From contig QZKH01000002.1 of the NCBI GenBank assembly GCA_003598025.1, positions 74,133 through 138,132 on the forward strand: a stretch of 64,000 nt of DNA, in the 5' to 3' direction. Of this stretch, positions 26,632 through 38,325 are shown in pieces. This stretch comes from Candidatus Omnitrophota bacterium. GTDB taxonomy: Bacteria; Omnitrophota; Gorgyraeia; Gygaellales; Profunditerraquicolaceae. The position numbers were made by a program, and so were the translations under genes. Position 1 is the first letter of the stretch. Every line of letters starts with the position of its first letter. A model generated the notes under the pieces. That model did not search any database, was not told the DNA's origin, and saw only the letters and a list, made by a program, of their open reading frames with translations.

Positions 26632-29562
26632 ATGTTAGGATTCATCAAGAAAAGATCTTTAGAGAATAAAAAGAGGGTAATAAAACAACGTTATCCTTCT
26701 GCTAAAATAAATTTACACCCCGATATACCCAACCCATCGGTCAATAAAATCGTCGAGCTTGCCGCGATAGTCGAGCAAATCAACTCTCTGGAACCTGTGA
26801 TATCCTCTCTCTCGGACACGGAATTGAAACACAAGACTTCGGAGTTTAGAGAGGCTATTATGAAATCATCTGAGGACTACGAAGCTAGAATAGCTGAGCT
26901 GGAAGACTTATTATCACAGGCCAGCATCCAGGAAGAACGCCAAAACTTAAAAGATAAAATCAAGGTTACGCGCAACAAAATATTTGCCGGCGTTCTGCCT
27001 GAGGCCTTTGCGGTCGTGCGCGAAGCTTCACGCAGGACTATAGGATTGCGCCATTTTGACGTGCAGTTACTGGGGGGCATAGTGTTGCATGAAGGCAAGA
27101 TCGCAGAAATGGCAACAGGCGAAGGCAAAACACTGGTAGCTACACTGCCGGCATATTTAAATGCGCTCCTGGGTAAAGGCGTACATATAGTCACTGTCAA
27201 TGATTACCTGGCAAGAAGAGACCGCGATTGGATGGGCCCCATATTTGAATTCTTAGGCTTGTCCGTCGGGGTGATCCAGCACGATATTTCTGATGAAGAA
27301 AGAAGGCATGCCTATTCCTGCGATATCACCTATGGTACCAATAATGAATTCGGGTTTGATTACCTAAGGGATAATATGAAATACAGTCTTGATGCGTTAG
27401 TCCAGAGGCCGTTTTATTTTGCCATAGTTGATGAGGTAGATTCTATACTTATCGATGAAGCGCGCACACCTTTGATTATTTCCGGTCCCGCAGAAGAATC
27501 AACGGACAAGTATTACATAATCGATAAGATCGTCCCGCGGTTAAGAGGCAGGAGGGTTTTAGAGAAAGAAGAGATTGAAGCAAAACATAAGGGCCAGGAC
27601 CTTTCTAAGGGCTATGATTATATGGTCGATGAGAAAGCCCACACCGCGCATTTAACGGAAGAAGGCGAATCAAAAGTATGCAGCATGCTCAATATCGATA
27701 ACCTGCATGAGATCAGCACTATGGAATGGCGCCATCATGTGATCCAGGCACTCCGCGCCCACAATTTGTATAAGAAGGACGTCGATTATGTTATTAAAGA
27801 CGGGCAGGTGATCATAGTCGATGAATTTACCGGCAGGATGATGCCGGGGAGGCGCTGGTCAGACGGCCTGCATCAGGCAGTAGAAGCAAAAGAGGGCTTA
27901 AAGATCGAAAGGGAGAACCAGACACTGGCTACGATTACCTTCCAGAATTATTTCCGCATGTATGAGAAATTATCAGGCATGACCGGTACGGCATTTACCG
28001 AGGCAAATGAGTTTAAAAATATTTACCAGCTTGATGTCGTAGTATTACCTACCAATAGGCCTCTGATACGCAATAATTTTCAGGATAGAGTTTATAAGTC
28101 AAAAAATGAGAAAATGAAAGCCGTAGTTGATGAGATAGTTGAACTTTATAATACCGGCAGGCCGGTATTGGTGGGTACGATATCTATCGATAAATCAGAG
28201 CTTCTTTCGGAAATGTTAAAGAGGCGCGGGGTCGAACATCAGGTGCTCAACGCTAAGTATCATGAAATGGAAGCCCAGATCGTTGCCCAGGCCGGCAGGT
28301 ATAAAGCAGTGACCATAGCTACTAACATGGCTGGCCGCGGCACAGACATACTGCTGGGAGGCAACCCTGAATTTATTGCCAGGAGTATAATAAACCAGAA
28401 ATTTGAGCGCGCTGACCCAGGCTATGAGGAAGCTTATGGCAAGCTGCTGAATGAATATAAAATCAAAACACAAAAAGAGCATGAAGAAGTAGTTAAGCTT
28501 GGCGGGTTGCATGTCATAGGCACCGAGCGTCATGAGGCAAGGCGTGTAGACAACCAGCTGCGCGGCAGATGCGGCCGCCAGGGAGACCCCGGTTCTTCAA
28601 GGTTCTACGTTTCCTTTGAAGACGACCTTATGAGGCTTTTTGGCTCGGATAGAATATTGAATTTAATGGATAAACTTGGATTAGAGGAAGGGCAGGTCAT
28701 AGATCACCCTTGGGTTTCCAAATCCATTGAGATAGCCCAGAAGAGGGTAGAGGAGCACAATTTTGAAATAAGGAAACAGCTCCTTGAATATGATAATGTG
28801 ATGAATAAGCAGAGGGAGATTATTTACGGCCAGCGCAGGCAGGTTCTTGATGGTGCATCTATGAGGGACGATATACTCTCCGGCTCAGACAAAATACTTG
28901 ATGAATTGTTATCGATATATTTGCCTGCTGAGCCCGGTGCGGAAACTGATATCGAGGGATTATCCAGCGCGATAAAGTCTAAATTCGGCCTTGATCTGGA
29001 GCCGGATTTACGGAGCATAGTCGATAGGGCGGTTTTAGCTGAAAAATTATCCGGGATTATCCGCAGCGCCTATGATGAAAAAGAAAAAGCAATCGGTGCT
29101 GATATGTTAAGGCACCTTGAACGCATGGTTTATCTCCAGATCACAGATGCCAAATGGAAAGACCACCTCTATGCGATGGACAGCCTAAGGGAAGGTATAG
29201 GGCTGCGTGCTTACGGACAAAGGGACCCGTTGATAGAATATAAACGTGAAGCATTTAATATGTTTAGCGAAATGATTTATAAGATTGAAGATGAGGCAGT
29301 TGAGATTTTATTCAGGCTCCAGCCAGCTAAACCAGCCACAGATTTTAAGGGTGTTTTTAAAGAGTCAAGCCAGCAGCTGTTGCATCCCGATAGTAAGTCT
29401 TTTAACCAGCAGCCGGAATCTTTAACACAAGATAGCCTTAGCAGTAGCCAACAAATAAGCCATCAGGCCCTTCCCAATAAATCTTCAGCAGAAAAAGTAG
29501 GCAGAAATGACCCCTGTCCTTGCGGCTCAGGGAAAAAATACAAGAAATGTTGCGGAAAATGA
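26632..29562 (+). CDS. secA: Preprotein translocase ATPase SecA
   Basis: [61 protein letters not shown]-like motor domains, C-terminal zinc finger [14 protein letters not shown]. 976 aa. Confidence 0.95.
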   Translation: MLGFIKKRSLENKKRVIKQRYPSAKINLHPDIPNPSVNKIVELAAIVEQINSLEPVISSLSDTELKHKTSEFREAIMKSSEDYEARIAELEDLLSQASIQEERQNLKDKIKVTRNKIFAGVLPEAFAVVREASRRTIGLRHFDVQLLGGIVLHEGKIAEMATGEGKTLVATLPAYLNALLGKGVHIVTVNDYLARRDRDWMGPIFEFLGLSVGVIQHDISDEERRHAYSCDITYGTNNEFGFDYLRDNMKYSLDALVQRPFYFAIVDEVDSILIDEARTPLIISGPAEESTDKYYIIDKIVPRLRGRRVLEKEEIEAKHKGQDLSKGYDYMVDEKAHTAHLTEEGESKVCSMLNIDNLHEISTMEWRHHVIQALRAHNLYKKDVDYVIKDGQVIIVDEFTGRMMPGRRWSDGLHQAVEAKEGLKIERENQTLATITFQNYFRMYEKLSGMTGTAFTEANEFKNIYQLDVVVLPTNRPLIRNNFQDRVYKSKNEKMKAVVDEIVELYNTGRPVLVGTISIDKSELLSEMLKRRGVEHQVLNAKYHEMEAQIVAQAGRYKAVTIATNMAGRGTDILLGGNPEFIARSIINQKFERADPGYEEAYGKLLNEYKIKTQKEHEEVVKLGGLHVIGTERHEARRVDNQLRGRCGRQGDPGSSRFYVSFEDDLMRLFGSDRILNLMDKLGLEEGQVIDHPWVSKSIEIAQKRVEEHNFEIRKQLLEYDNVMNKQREIIYGQRRQVLDGASMRDDILSGSDKILDELLSIYLPAEPGAETDIEGLSSAIKSKFGLDLEPDLRSIVDRAVLAEKLSGIIRSAYDEKEKAIGADMLRHLERMVYLQITDAKWKDHLYAMDSLREGIGLRAYGQRDPLIEYKREAFNMFSEMIYKIEDEAVEILFRLQPAKPATDFKGVFKESSQQLLHPDSKSFNQQPESLTQDSLSSSQQISHQALPNKSSAEKVGRNDPCPCGSGKKYKKCCGK

Positions 29563-31073
29563 TTCCCCAAAGGATAAACAAAATTTTTAATCTCGGCAAA
29601 AAAGGTTTTTTCTTAAGTATTCTTTCCGGTATTCTACTGGCATTTTCTTTTCCCTCTTTTAATCTCTGGATAACCGCCTGGGTGGCTTTTATCCCGTTGC
29701 TCTTGGCTATAAGAGGGAAAAATAAGGCGCAATCTTTCGTATCAGGTTATATCTCAGGGCTGGTTTTCTGGTCTATGACAGTTTATTGGCTGAGCCACGT
29801 TACTGTCCCGGGAGTCTTGCTGATGGTTTCTTACTTATCCTTATATTCGGCGTTATTTACTCTGTTTATAAAGCTATTTAGCCGGAATAAAAACTCAGGC
29901 GTAATAATCATCCCGGCATTATGGGTGATGCTGGAATATTTACGCAGCCACGCCTTTACTGGTTTTGGCTGGGCCCTTTTGGGATATTCCCAATATCAGA
30001 ATATTTATATTATTCAAATCGCTGATTTATTTGGCGCCTGGGGAGTATCATTCCTGGTCATGGTTATTAATGTATGTATTTATAATTATCTTATATCAGA
30101 TGCTAAGCCCGGGCTGAGAATAAGGAAACTTCTGTTAGCCGCATCCCTGCTTATCGCAGTTTTGTCCTATGGTTGCTATAAGTCCAAAGCAGTAGAACCC
30201 GGGGAAAATAAAAAAGGGATAAAGATTTCGGTTATCCAGGGCAACATTCCTCAAGAGCTTAAGTGGGATGTTAAATCCAGAGATATGATAATGAACAGGT
30301 TCCTTGGGTTAAGCAGAGAGGTGTTGCCTGATAATCCGGAAATAATAATTTGGCCTGAGGCTGCTATCCCGGTAGTTATCTCGGAAGAGCCATGGTATCT
30401 GGGTAGAGTAAGAAAATTTGCGGATGATAATAAGATCTTTATGCTCCTGGGTGCGGTTGATGCTGTAGGGGAGGCTTATTATAACGAAGCGATTTTGCTT
30501 TCTCCCGGCAAGGAAGACCACACCGTTTATAAGAAACTCCACCTGGTTCCGTTCGGAGAGTACATCCCTCTTAGAAAATACCTGAAATTTCTGGAGCCAT
30601 TTGTGCCCATAGGTGATTTTACCGCAGGCAATGAATATACGGTATTTCCATCTCCGGTTAAATTCTCCGTATTAATTTGTTTTGAGGATAATATTGCTGA
30701 GATCTCCAGAAATTTTGTAAGACGCGGCTCAAGGCTTCTGGTCAATATCACAAATGACGCCTGGTTTAACCTTAGTTCGGCGCCGTATCAGCATATGCAA
30801 TCATCGGTTTTCCGTGCTGTTGAGAACAGGGTTTATGTTATACGTTCGGCAAATACCGGGGTGTCCGGATTTATAGCGCCTACCGGAAAAATATTATCTT
30901 CTGTCAGCGATGCAGGCGGAAACAGGATATTTATCACCGGCTACGCAACCCATGAGATATTTACTTCTATAGATTACTTGAGTTTTTATACGCGATTTGG
31001 AGATTTATTTATAATTTTTTGTATTATGGCGATTTTATATGGTATAATCCCTCCCAAAATCCCGAAGAAATGA
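29559..31073 (+). CDS. lnt: Apolipoprotein N-acyltransferase
   Basis: N-terminal polytopic region plus a CN-hydrolase domain ([33 protein letters not shown]). Start set to 29559 (ATGA overlap with the secA stop) rather than the ORF-track 29520. Confidence 0.8.
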   Translation: MIPQRINKIFNLGKKGFFLSILSGILLAFSFPSFNLWITAWVAFIPLLLAIRGKNKAQSFVSGYISGLVFWSMTVYWLSHVTVPGVLLMVSYLSLYSALFTLFIKLFSRNKNSGVIIIPALWVMLEYLRSHAFTGFGWALLGYSQYQNIYIIQIADLFGAWGVSFLVMVINVCIYNYLISDAKPGLRIRKLLLAASLLIAVLSYGCYKSKAVEPGENKKGIKISVIQGNIPQELKWDVKSRDMIMNRFLGLSREVLPDNPEIIIWPEAAIPVVISEEPWYLGRVRKFADDNKIFMLLGAVDAVGEAYYNEAILLSPGKEDHTVYKKLHLVPFGEYIPLRKYLKFLEPFVPIGDFTAGNEYTVFPSPVKFSVLICFEDNIAEISRNFVRRGSRLLVNITNDAWFNLSSAPYQHMQSSVFRAVENRVYVIRSANTGVSGFIAPTGKILSSVSDAGGNRIFITGYATHEIFTSIDYLSFYTRFGDLFIIFCIMAILYGIIPPKIPKK

Positions 31074-31558
31074 AAAAAACATTTATTATTATATTTATAA
31101 TTTCTTTAATCTCTATTCCTGCGGCAATATATTTATTAGATAAAGAAACTTTTCTTTGCCCGATAGAGTATGGCTATGATTTTGTAATACGCAATGATTC
31201 TATGGGAGAGGGCCAATTCGGCGCCAAACGCAGCGGAGGCAGGCTGCATAATGGTATTGACCTATTTGCAGATATCTGGGCTCCGGTGCGGGCAAGTAAT
31301 TGCGGTATAGTTGTAGCTTCTGAGTCGAGCCGTGGAATGGGTAAATTTGTCGTGATCAAACATCCTGGCTCTGTATCTACGGTATACGGGCATCTAAATG
31401 AGTTGTGTGTTAAAGAGGGGCAGTTTGTGCGGCAAGGAGATATAATCGGAAAAGTTGGTAAGACCGGTAATGCAAATTACCGTAGCATGGACGCACATCT
31501 TCATCTTGAAATAAGAAAGAACGGCTCTCCTCAGGAGCCGTTGGATTATCTGGAGTGA
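31070..31558 (+). CDS. M23-family metallopeptidase with an N-terminal membrane anchor
   Basis: HNGIDLFADIWAPVRASNCG...VYGHLNEL...GKTGNANYRSMDAHLHLEI carries the M23 HxxxD and HxH motifs. Start at 31070 (ATGA overlap with the lnt stop). Confidence 0.75.
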   Translation: MKKTFIIIFIISLISIPAAIYLLDKETFLCPIEYGYDFVIRNDSMGEGQFGAKRSGGRLHNGIDLFADIWAPVRASNCGIVVASESSRGMGKFVVIKHPGSVSTVYGHLNELCVKEGQFVRQGDIIGKVGKTGNANYRSMDAHLHLEIRKNGSPQEPLDYLE

Positions 31559-32709
31559 TTATGCTGAATATAATATTACTGGGAATCACAAGTTTTCTTA
31601 CTGATGTATCAAGCGAGATGGTCTATCCTTTGCTGCCTGTTTACCTGGTAACTGTTCTCGGTGCAGGTCCGGCAGTACTGGGATTAATCGAGGGCGTTGC
31701 AGAGAGCTTGGCAAGCATAACGAAGGTCTTCTCTGGATATTTTTCGGATAAATTGAAGTCCCGCAAGCCATTCACTATATTAGGATATTTTGCTTCCGCA
31801 TTAGGAAAAGTTTTTTTATTTTTGTCAATAGGCTGGGGATTTGTTTTAGTCGGACGTCTGCTTGACAGGTTTGGCAAAGGGGTACGTACTGCTCCGCGGG
31901 ATGCCTTGATTGCCGATAGCACATCGAAAGGTAAGAGGGGCTCTGCTTTTGGCCTGCACCGGGCCATGGATACATGCGGGGCAGCCGTAGGAGTCGTACT
32001 GGCTTATTTCTTGGTTTCTCATTATACGGGCAATTTTAAGCGGGTTTTCTTTTATTCTCTTATTCCTGCTTTTATCGGCGTGTTGGTGCTTTTTTTGGTA
32101 AAAGAGAAGAAAGAAAAGAGAGATGAGCAGCTCGGCAGGAAAAAAATATCTTTCAGCTGGAAAGGCCTGGATAAAAGGCTTAGGCTTTTCTTGATCTTCA
32201 GTTTTATTTTTACTCTCGGCAATTCTTCAAACCAGTTTTTGCTGCTTAAGGCCAAAGACATGGGCAGCCCTGTCACCAGCGTGATTATTTTATACCTTGT
32301 TTTTAATGTTATTCAGGCTGTGGTGATATATCCTGCCTCATGGTTATCTGATAAGATCGGCAAGAAAAAACTTCTTGTAGCCGGATATCTCTTCTACGGT
32401 TTAGTTTACCTTGGGTTTGCTTTAAACAATTCATTAGGCCATTTATGGATTTTGTTTGCCTTGTATGGGATTTATATGGGCCTGACTGAAGGAGTGGAAA
32501 AGGCGCTTATTGCGGATATTTCACCTGCTGGGCTTAGGGCAACTACGATTGGGCTGCATGCTACAATTATCGGGATAGGTTTATTGCCTGCATCTGTGTT
32601 AGCCGGTGTACTTTGGAAATTATTCGGCGCACAGGCTCCTTTTTATTTCGGATCGTTTATGGGAATATTGGCAAGCTGCGGATTCTTTTTTGTGCTGAAA
32701 GGCCTTTAG
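31555..32709 (+). CDS. Major facilitator superfamily transporter
   Basis: 12 predicted TM segments and an MFS loop motif (GRLLDRFGKGVRTAPRDALIAD). 384 aa. Confidence 0.7.
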   Translation: MIMLNIILLGITSFLTDVSSEMVYPLLPVYLVTVLGAGPAVLGLIEGVAESLASITKVFSGYFSDKLKSRKPFTILGYFASALGKVFLFLSIGWGFVLVGRLLDRFGKGVRTAPRDALIADSTSKGKRGSAFGLHRAMDTCGAAVGVVLAYFLVSHYTGNFKRVFFYSLIPAFIGVLVLFLVKEKKEKRDEQLGRKKISFSWKGLDKRLRLFLIFSFIFTLGNSSNQFLLLKAKDMGSPVTSVIILYLVFNVIQAVVIYPASWLSDKIGKKKLLVAGYLFYGLVYLGFALNNSLGHLWILFALYGIYMGLTEGVEKALIADISPAGLRATTIGLHATIIGIGLLPASVLAGVLWKLFGAQAPFYFGSFMGILASCGFFFVLKGL

Positions 32710-33587
32710 TTATTTTCCTTCGGTTCAAGATGCACAATCACGTCTGTAACCCCTTCGATATTTAATTTGATAACGCGTTCTATGTCGTAGCAGACTTTAT
32801 GAGCTTCATCCATATGCATATCCGGGTCTACCTGTACGTGCAGGTCTATATAGATATCATCTGACCTTCCCCGTGTACGTATCTTATGACAGGACCTGAC
32901 TCCTTTTATACGTAAAACCAGATCGACTATTTTTTTAGAGTCTATTATTGCTGCTGTATCACAGAGCACCCTGGAAGATTCCTGGATGATCCTGTACCCA
33001 GAGTAGGCTATAAATAAAGAAATCACCATTGTAACGATAGGATCGATTATAGGGAAGCCTAATTTTATAGCGGCTAAAGCTATAATAACAGATATAGAGG
33101 TGAATATATCTGTCTGCGTATGCATCGAGTCAGAAATGAGGATATCACTCTTCAATTTCAGGCCCTGTTTTTTCTCGTAAATCATGACAGCTAGATTTAT
33201 GCTTAGAGTTGTCAGCATGACAATGAGAGCGCCAAGCCCGATATCAGGGATTACAGGGTTATTTATACGCAATAATCCTACCCTAAACAGATTGAATGCG
33301 ACTATAAACAGGAAAGCGGATATCGCTAACGAGAATAAAGTTTCGTATTTCCTATGCCCGTAAGGATGGTCTAAATCTTTAGGTTTCGAAGCAAGATGAA
33401 TTCCGATAAGCGCAATTATATTAGATGCCCCGTCTGACAGAGAATGAAAGCCGTCAGCGCTTATGCTGGAACATTTGCTTAAAGCGCCATAAACAATCTT
33501 GGCTAAAGCAACTCCCCAGTTAAAGGCAAGGATTATAATCAGTATCTTCTTGATCTCTGCGGTTCTTCTTGATAAATCCTGCTCCAT
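32706..33587 (-). CDS. Cation diffusion facilitator (CDF) family metal efflux transporter
   Basis: HSLSDGASNIIALIGIHLA...HPYGHRKYETL is the CDF signature. Six TMs plus a C-terminal cytoplasmic domain. Confidence 0.85.
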   Translation of the reverse strand: MEQDLSRRTAEIKKILIIILAFNWGVALAKIVYGALSKCSSISADGFHSLSDGASNIIALIGIHLASKPKDLDHPYGHRKYETLFSLAISAFLFIVAFNLFRVGLLRINNPVIPDIGLGALIVMLTTLSINLAVMIYEKKQGLKLKSDILISDSMHTQTDIFTSISVIIALAAIKLGFPIIDPIVTMVISLFIAYSGYRIIQESSRVLCDTAAIIDSKKIVDLVLRIKGVRSCHKIRTRGRSDDIYIDLHVQVDPDMHMDEAHKVCYDIERVIKLNIEGVTDVIVHLEPKENN

Positions 33588-33701
33588 ATAGTAATTATAA
33601 TTGCAGATTCAGGCTAATTCAATAAATATTACTTTTAGTCCGCGGTGCACGGAGCACAGTTCACTGAGCGTAGTTTATAGAAGTATGACCCACATATCCT
33701 C

Positions 33702-33715
33702 TGTGAACTATGAAC
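33702..33715. repeat. Heptad pair (TGTGAAC TATGAAC) 14 nt upstream of a TTGAAC-17-TAGAAT promoter
   Basis: Only two units, but the same motif and the same position relative to the -35 (33730-33735) as the longer arrays. Confidence 0.5.
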
Positions 33716-33815
33716 CAATGTACTGCTTATTGAACTCATACTTTTTCCATGATAGAATACAATACAATGAGCAAAAATATTTATTGAGCCACTGATAGAA
33801 TAACTGGAGGTAGCT

Positions 33816-34301
33816 ATGCTGGAATTTAAAAGCGTTAAAATAATTAAACCCCAGGATTTAAATATCATATTAGGCCAGAGCCATTTTATTAAGACTGTGG
33901 AAGATATCTATGAGGTATTAGTCAGCAGTGTGCCGAATATAAAGTTTGGTTTGGCTTTTTGCGAGGCATCAGGCGCCTGTAAAGTAAGAAGCGAAGGCAA
34001 TGACCCCGGATTAAAGAAACTTGCCATTGACAATGCGCTGGAATTGGGCGCCGGGCACAGTTTTATTTTATTTCTGGATCAGGCCTATCCGATCAATGTA
34101 TTAAACGCAATAAAGGCATTACCTGAAGTGTGTTCCGTATATTGCGCATCCGCTAACCCCGTAGAAGTCATTATTGCTCAAACAGATTCGGGGCGCGGGA
34201 TAATGGGTGTGATCGATGGAGCACAGCCAAAAGGCATTGAAACAGAGGAGGATATAAAGTGGCGTAAGGGCCTTTTGCGCAAAATAGGATATAAACTTTG
34301 A
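33816..34301 (+). CDS. Conserved hypothetical cytosolic protein (GAGH motif)
   Basis: 161 aa. RBS GGAGG 6 nt upstream. No confident family assignment from sequence alone. Confidence 0.4.
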   Translation: MLEFKSVKIIKPQDLNIILGQSHFIKTVEDIYEVLVSSVPNIKFGLAFCEASGACKVRSEGNDPGLKKLAIDNALELGAGHSFILFLDQAYPINVLNAIKALPEVCSVYCASANPVEVIIAQTDSGRGIMGVIDGAQPKGIETEEDIKWRKGLLRKIGYKL

Positions 34302-34353
34302 GCATTTATTAAAAAAGGTATTAATTATCAAGTTTGCTGTTATAATAACTGGC

Positions 34354-35904
34354 ATGCGCACGTTTATGAAGAAAGATTTCTCAAGACAGTTCCTTTGCCT
34401 GGTATTTTTTTTACTGGTAGCTTATACAATATTCCTCCAATTCATTGCTCCGGTCCTTTATGGCGAAGACAGCTATTACCATGTGGCTGTAGCTAAATTC
34501 ATAAGGCAATTCGGGCTGCATTATGATTTCCATTGGGCGCAATTTTCCACCTTTAAAGAATTTTTCTCTGATAAGGATTTATTATTCCATGTCCTTATAT
34601 GCCCGTTTACTTATCTAACCGATAATATAGTCCTGGCAGGTAAATACGCAGTCATATTCTTTGATGTATTATTTCTTCTTGCCTATCTCTATATCCTCAG
34701 GAAGTATTTACCGGATTTTTTGGTTGCCTGTTTTTTGATCTTGCCATTTTTATCCGGAGTTTTTTATGCTTATTTTACGTTTTTGAGGCCGACAACTTTA
34801 GCTAATGTTCTATTTATATTCAGTATATATTTCCTGATAAATAAAAATCCCGTCAAACTATTCATAGCCACCGTACTATTTACGCTTTCGCACTTATTTT
34901 TTCCTCTAATATTCATATTCGCGTTGATAACAGAGGCTATAAGATATTTCTCTAAGAAGGAATTTTACCTTAGGAATATTTACAGCGTTTTATTGGGTAT
35001 AGCCTTAGGCACGATTATACATCCTAATTTTCCGAATAATCTGCTATCATTTCATTTAAATGTTATTTTGGTGCCCTATTACTCTTTTTTAAATGTTCCG
35101 ATAAGTTTTGGAGGCGAGCTAAGCAGCGGCCCCACCAAAAACGTGCTTCTTGAAGAGTTCGTCGTCTTTTTTTCTTTCAATATAATTATTTGGTTGTTGT
35201 TGGTGCGGCGCATAAAAATAAGCTTTTCTACCCTGGTTTGGTGGGCTTGCTCCAGTATTTTCATGGCCAGTTCATTCATAAGCAACAGATACTGGTATAA
35301 TAATATTGTTTTATTCCTTGTATTTTTTGCTTCTTTTGTGAAAGATCTGTCAGATACCTTCCAACCGGGCAGAATAATTACAAAGTCCAGATATTTCATT
35401 TTATCGTATTTATGCGTACTTGTTTTATTCCTTAAGGTAGGCCTGGAGCCTATAGTGAAGCTTTTTGAGAGCCAAATAGTCCTAAACGGAGATTATGAAG
35501 AAGTAGGCAAATGGATGCTTAAGAACATACCTGCAAATGAAATGATTTATCATGCCTATTGGAGCGATTCGCCATACTTTATTGCGTTGAACCCTAAAAA
35601 CAACTATTTAGTTGTTCTGGACCCGATGTATATGCTTTACAGATACCCCAAGGAATACATGCTTTATTCTGATATACTGAAAGGCCAGGTACAGCATCCT
35701 TATAAGGATATCCAGGGTACTTTTAAATCGAAGTATGCTTTTACGAGAAAAGAAGCCCCGTTTTATTCCCAGATGAATAATGACCACATGCATTTTAAGA
35801 AGCTGTATGATACTAATTGGTCGGCTGTTTTTGAAATACTTCCGCAAGCAGAGGAAACAGAAAAGGCTAACACAAAAAAAGAAATAAGAACCAAGAAAAA
35901 ATAA
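34354..35904 (+). CDS. Polytopic membrane protein, GT-C-like (putative ArnT/PMT-type lipid or LPS glycosyltransferase)
   Basis: More than 10 TM helices. N-terminal periplasmic-loop motif GEDSYYHVAVAKF is reminiscent of the DE-x-x-Y/H loop of GT-C transferases. Lies upstream of an LpxL-family acyltransferase gene. Confidence 0.4.
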   Translation: MRTFMKKDFSRQFLCLVFFLLVAYTIFLQFIAPVLYGEDSYYHVAVAKFIRQFGLHYDFHWAQFSTFKEFFSDKDLLFHVLICPFTYLTDNIVLAGKYAVIFFDVLFLLAYLYILRKYLPDFLVACFLILPFLSGVFYAYFTFLRPTTLANVLFIFSIYFLINKNPVKLFIATVLFTLSHLFFPLIFIFALITEAIRYFSKKEFYLRNIYSVLLGIALGTIIHPNFPNNLLSFHLNVILVPYYSFLNVPISFGGELSSGPTKNVLLEEFVVFFSFNIIIWLLLVRRIKISFSTLVWWACSSIFMASSFISNRYWYNNIVLFLVFFASFVKDLSDTFQPGRIITKSRYFILSYLCVLVLFLKVGLEPIVKLFESQIVLNGDYEEVGKWMLKNIPANEMIYHAYWSDSPYFIALNPKNNYLVVLDPMYMLYRYPKEYMLYSDILKGQVQHPYKDIQGTFKSKYAFTRKEAPFYSQMNNDHMHFKKLYDTNWSAVFEILPQAEETEKANTKKEIRTKKK

Positions 35905-35982
35905 TTAATACTAAAATATAGGCAAAATTGATCAGGGTTTATTAAGTAATTTTGCCTTTTTAGCATAACTGCGATAATTAGA

Positions 35983-36918
35983 ATGTTATCGAAAGACAGG
36001 CGTAAAAAAATAGGATACTTTATTTCTTGGCTGGCGCTTAATTTTTGTTCCTGGCTGGTTATGGTTATGCCGCGAAAGTTGCATTATATTTTCGCAGCCA
36101 TGATTGCTTCTTTGGGATATAAATTTGCTAAAAAGCAAAGAATAATTGCCCAGGAAAGCCTTAAGCTTGCTTTTGGCAGCCAGAAGGATAGGCAAGAGAT
36201 AGATAAGATTGTCAGAGATTGTTTTCTGGGCATTGCTAAATCAGGGCTTGAGCTGGTATATTTTATGAACAAGCCGAATTTACTTGCCGGATATGTTGAA
36301 ATAACAGGTAAAGATAAACTAGACAAAGCTTTATCGAAAGGCAATGGGGTCATATTGGTAAGCGCGCATTTCGGCAACTTCCCGTTATTATTGGGGCGTT
36401 TAAGCGTAGAGGGGTATAAAACTGCCGGTATAATGCGCCCGATGCGTAACCTAAGAGTAGAAAAATTATTCATGGAGAAAAGGATAAGCTACGGCGTTAA
36501 AACCATACACAGCTACCCGCGGAATGTTTGTGTGAGCAGTTCTCTGCGCAGCCTAAGGGATAATGAGATCCTTTTTATACCTCTTGACCAGAACTTCGGT
36601 ACTTCTGGAGTGTTCGTTAATTTTTTTGGCAGAAAAGCAGCGACTGCAACCGGCCCGGTTATCCTGGCGTCGCGCACCGGCAGCCCAATACTGCCATGTT
36701 TTATCATAAGGCAGGAAGATAACAGCCATAAGATTATATTTGAAGACCCTATTGTAATAGAGGAAAATAAGGTGGATAAGGAAGCTATAATCAAGTATGT
36801 GCAGAGAATAACCGACATTATTGAGTCTTATATCCGGAAGTACCCTGCGGAATGGGGTTGGATACACAGGAGATGGAAGAGCAGGCCGGAGAAGGAAGGA
36901 GGTGTTGAAAATGGCTGA
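35983..36918 (+). CDS. Lipid A biosynthesis (Kdo2-lipid IVA) acyltransferase, LpxL/LpxM (HtrB) family
   Basis: N-terminal TM anchor, and the ILVSAHFGNFPLL HX4D-like acyltransferase motif characteristic of PF03279. Confidence 0.7.
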   Translation: MLSKDRRKKIGYFISWLALNFCSWLVMVMPRKLHYIFAAMIASLGYKFAKKQRIIAQESLKLAFGSQKDRQEIDKIVRDCFLGIAKSGLELVYFMNKPNLLAGYVEITGKDKLDKALSKGNGVILVSAHFGNFPLLLGRLSVEGYKTAGIMRPMRNLRVEKLFMEKRISYGVKTIHSYPRNVCVSSSLRSLRDNEILFIPLDQNFGTSGVFVNFFGRKAATATGPVILASRTGSPILPCFIIRQEDNSHKIIFEDPIVIEENKVDKEAIIKYVQRITDIIESYIRKYPAEWGWIHRRWKSRPEKEGGVENG

Positions 36919-37129
36919 CGATATTAAACAGGAAGGCAAAAACTGTTGTTTTAGCTCGGGTAAAGTATTTTCAACAATTATTAAGGTGTTTTTGGGCTTT
37001 ACGTTTCTGGTGTTGGGTATTTTGGCAGTAATCAAATGGTTACCGGCGCTTTGGACGATCATTACCGGTTGTATTGGGTTATTTTTGATCCTGGCAGGAA
37101 TAGTTACTTTGGCAGTCGCCAAAGAATAA
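36911..37129 (+). CDS. Small two-TM membrane protein (hypothetical)
   Basis: 72 aa. AAGGAGGTG RBS 7 nt upstream of the ATG at 36911. The ORF-track start 36821 overlaps the LpxL-like gene. Confidence 0.4.
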   Translation: MADDIKQEGKNCCFSSGKVFSTIIKVFLGFTFLVLGILAVIKWLPALWTIITGCIGLFLILAGIVTLAVAKE

Positions 37130-37259
37130 AGTATATCCTCCGATAAAAGGGTTAATAGGAAAAACACCTCCTGTTAGCCCTTTGCCTTTATCAATACATC
37201 TTTACTAAATGTAGATTAAGAGTATAATAGTTGCCAATATTAATTTTACAAATACGGAG

Positions 37260-37832
37260 ATGATTATGGAGACTGTTTTAAGAAGAGAACTTATAGTAGA
37301 TAGGAGAATTTGCAAGATCATTGGGGTGGGGTTTTTTGTCATGGCTACTGCCTTAGGCGCATTTGTGCGTATACCTCTTCCTTTTACTCCTGTCCCTATA
37401 ACGATGCAGACATTCTTCGTCTTGCTTTCCGGGGCTTTCCTTGGTTCGGGTTTAGGGCTTACTTCGCAGGCCATCTACCTTGTAATAGGGTGCTTAGGAC
37501 TGCCTATTTTCTCACAAGGTAATTTCGGTTTTGCTTATATTTTAGGGCCTACCGGGGGGTATATATTAGGTTTTATTATGGCCGCATATTTTATCGGCAG
37601 GTCACTGGATGCCGGCATCAATAAACCCTGGAGAGTATTCCTTTATTTTCTAACCGCAGATTTAATAATTCTTTCTTGCGGGAGCCTATGGCTCTCGAAG
37701 GTATTTAACATAAGTTTATTTAAGGCTTCTTTGCTTGGTTTCCTTCCTTTTGTGCCCGGAAATTTAATTAAAATATCCTTTGCCACTATTTTGTATGGCA
37801 AGCTGAAAAACCGCCTTGAGCAGATATTCTAG
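37260..37832 (+). CDS. bioY: Biotin transporter BioY (ECF S-component)
   Basis: IPLPFTPVPITMQTFFVLLSGAFLG is the BioY signature. Confidence 0.8.
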   Translation: MIMETVLRRELIVDRRICKIIGVGFFVMATALGAFVRIPLPFTPVPITMQTFFVLLSGAFLGSGLGLTSQAIYLVIGCLGLPIFSQGNFGFAYILGPTGGYILGFIMAAYFIGRSLDAGINKPWRVFLYFLTADLIILSCGSLWLSKVFNISLFKASLLGFLPFVPGNLIKISFATILYGKLKNRLEQIF

Positions 37833-37862
37833 CCAAAACACGCTTTATAAAAAGGAGAAAGT

Positions 37863-38312
37863 ATGAAGATAAAGGAGATAATGGTTAAGGATGTAAAAAG
37901 CATTGCTCCTGATTCTACTGCTCTGGAAGCCATGAATTTATTGTATCAACTCGAAATAAGCGGTTTGCCTGTGATTGATAAAAATAATAAACTTGTAGGT
38001 ATGTTTACGGAGAAGAACATTCTTTCATTTTTATTGCCGAGTTATATAGAAAAGGTCGGCAGGTTTATTTATGAAGATAATCCGAAAGCCACAAAGAAAA
38101 AGCTTAACGAACTTGCCACGGTTAAAGTCGCACAATTGATGAGGAGCGATGTAATTACCGTCAGACAAGATGCAGCTTTGTGCGAAGTAGCAAGGTTGAT
38201 GCTGACTCAAAAAGTACGCCGGGTGCCCGTGGTGGATAATTCCGGATCAGTCGTCGGGATAGTGGCAAGATGTGATGTCTTAAAGGCAATGTTCAGGATG
38301 GCAGGAGAGTAA
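37863..38312 (+). CDS. CBS-domain pair protein
   Basis: Two CBS motifs (LPVIDKNNKLVGMFT; VPVVDNSGSVVGIVARCDVL). 149 aa. Confidence 0.75.
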   Translation: MKIKEIMVKDVKSIAPDSTALEAMNLLYQLEISGLPVIDKNNKLVGMFTEKNILSFLLPSYIEKVGRFIYEDNPKATKKKLNELATVKVAQLMRSDVITVRQDAALCEVARLMLTQKVRRVPVVDNSGSVVGIVARCDVLKAMFRMAGE

Positions 38313-38325
38313 AAGGCTTAAGAAA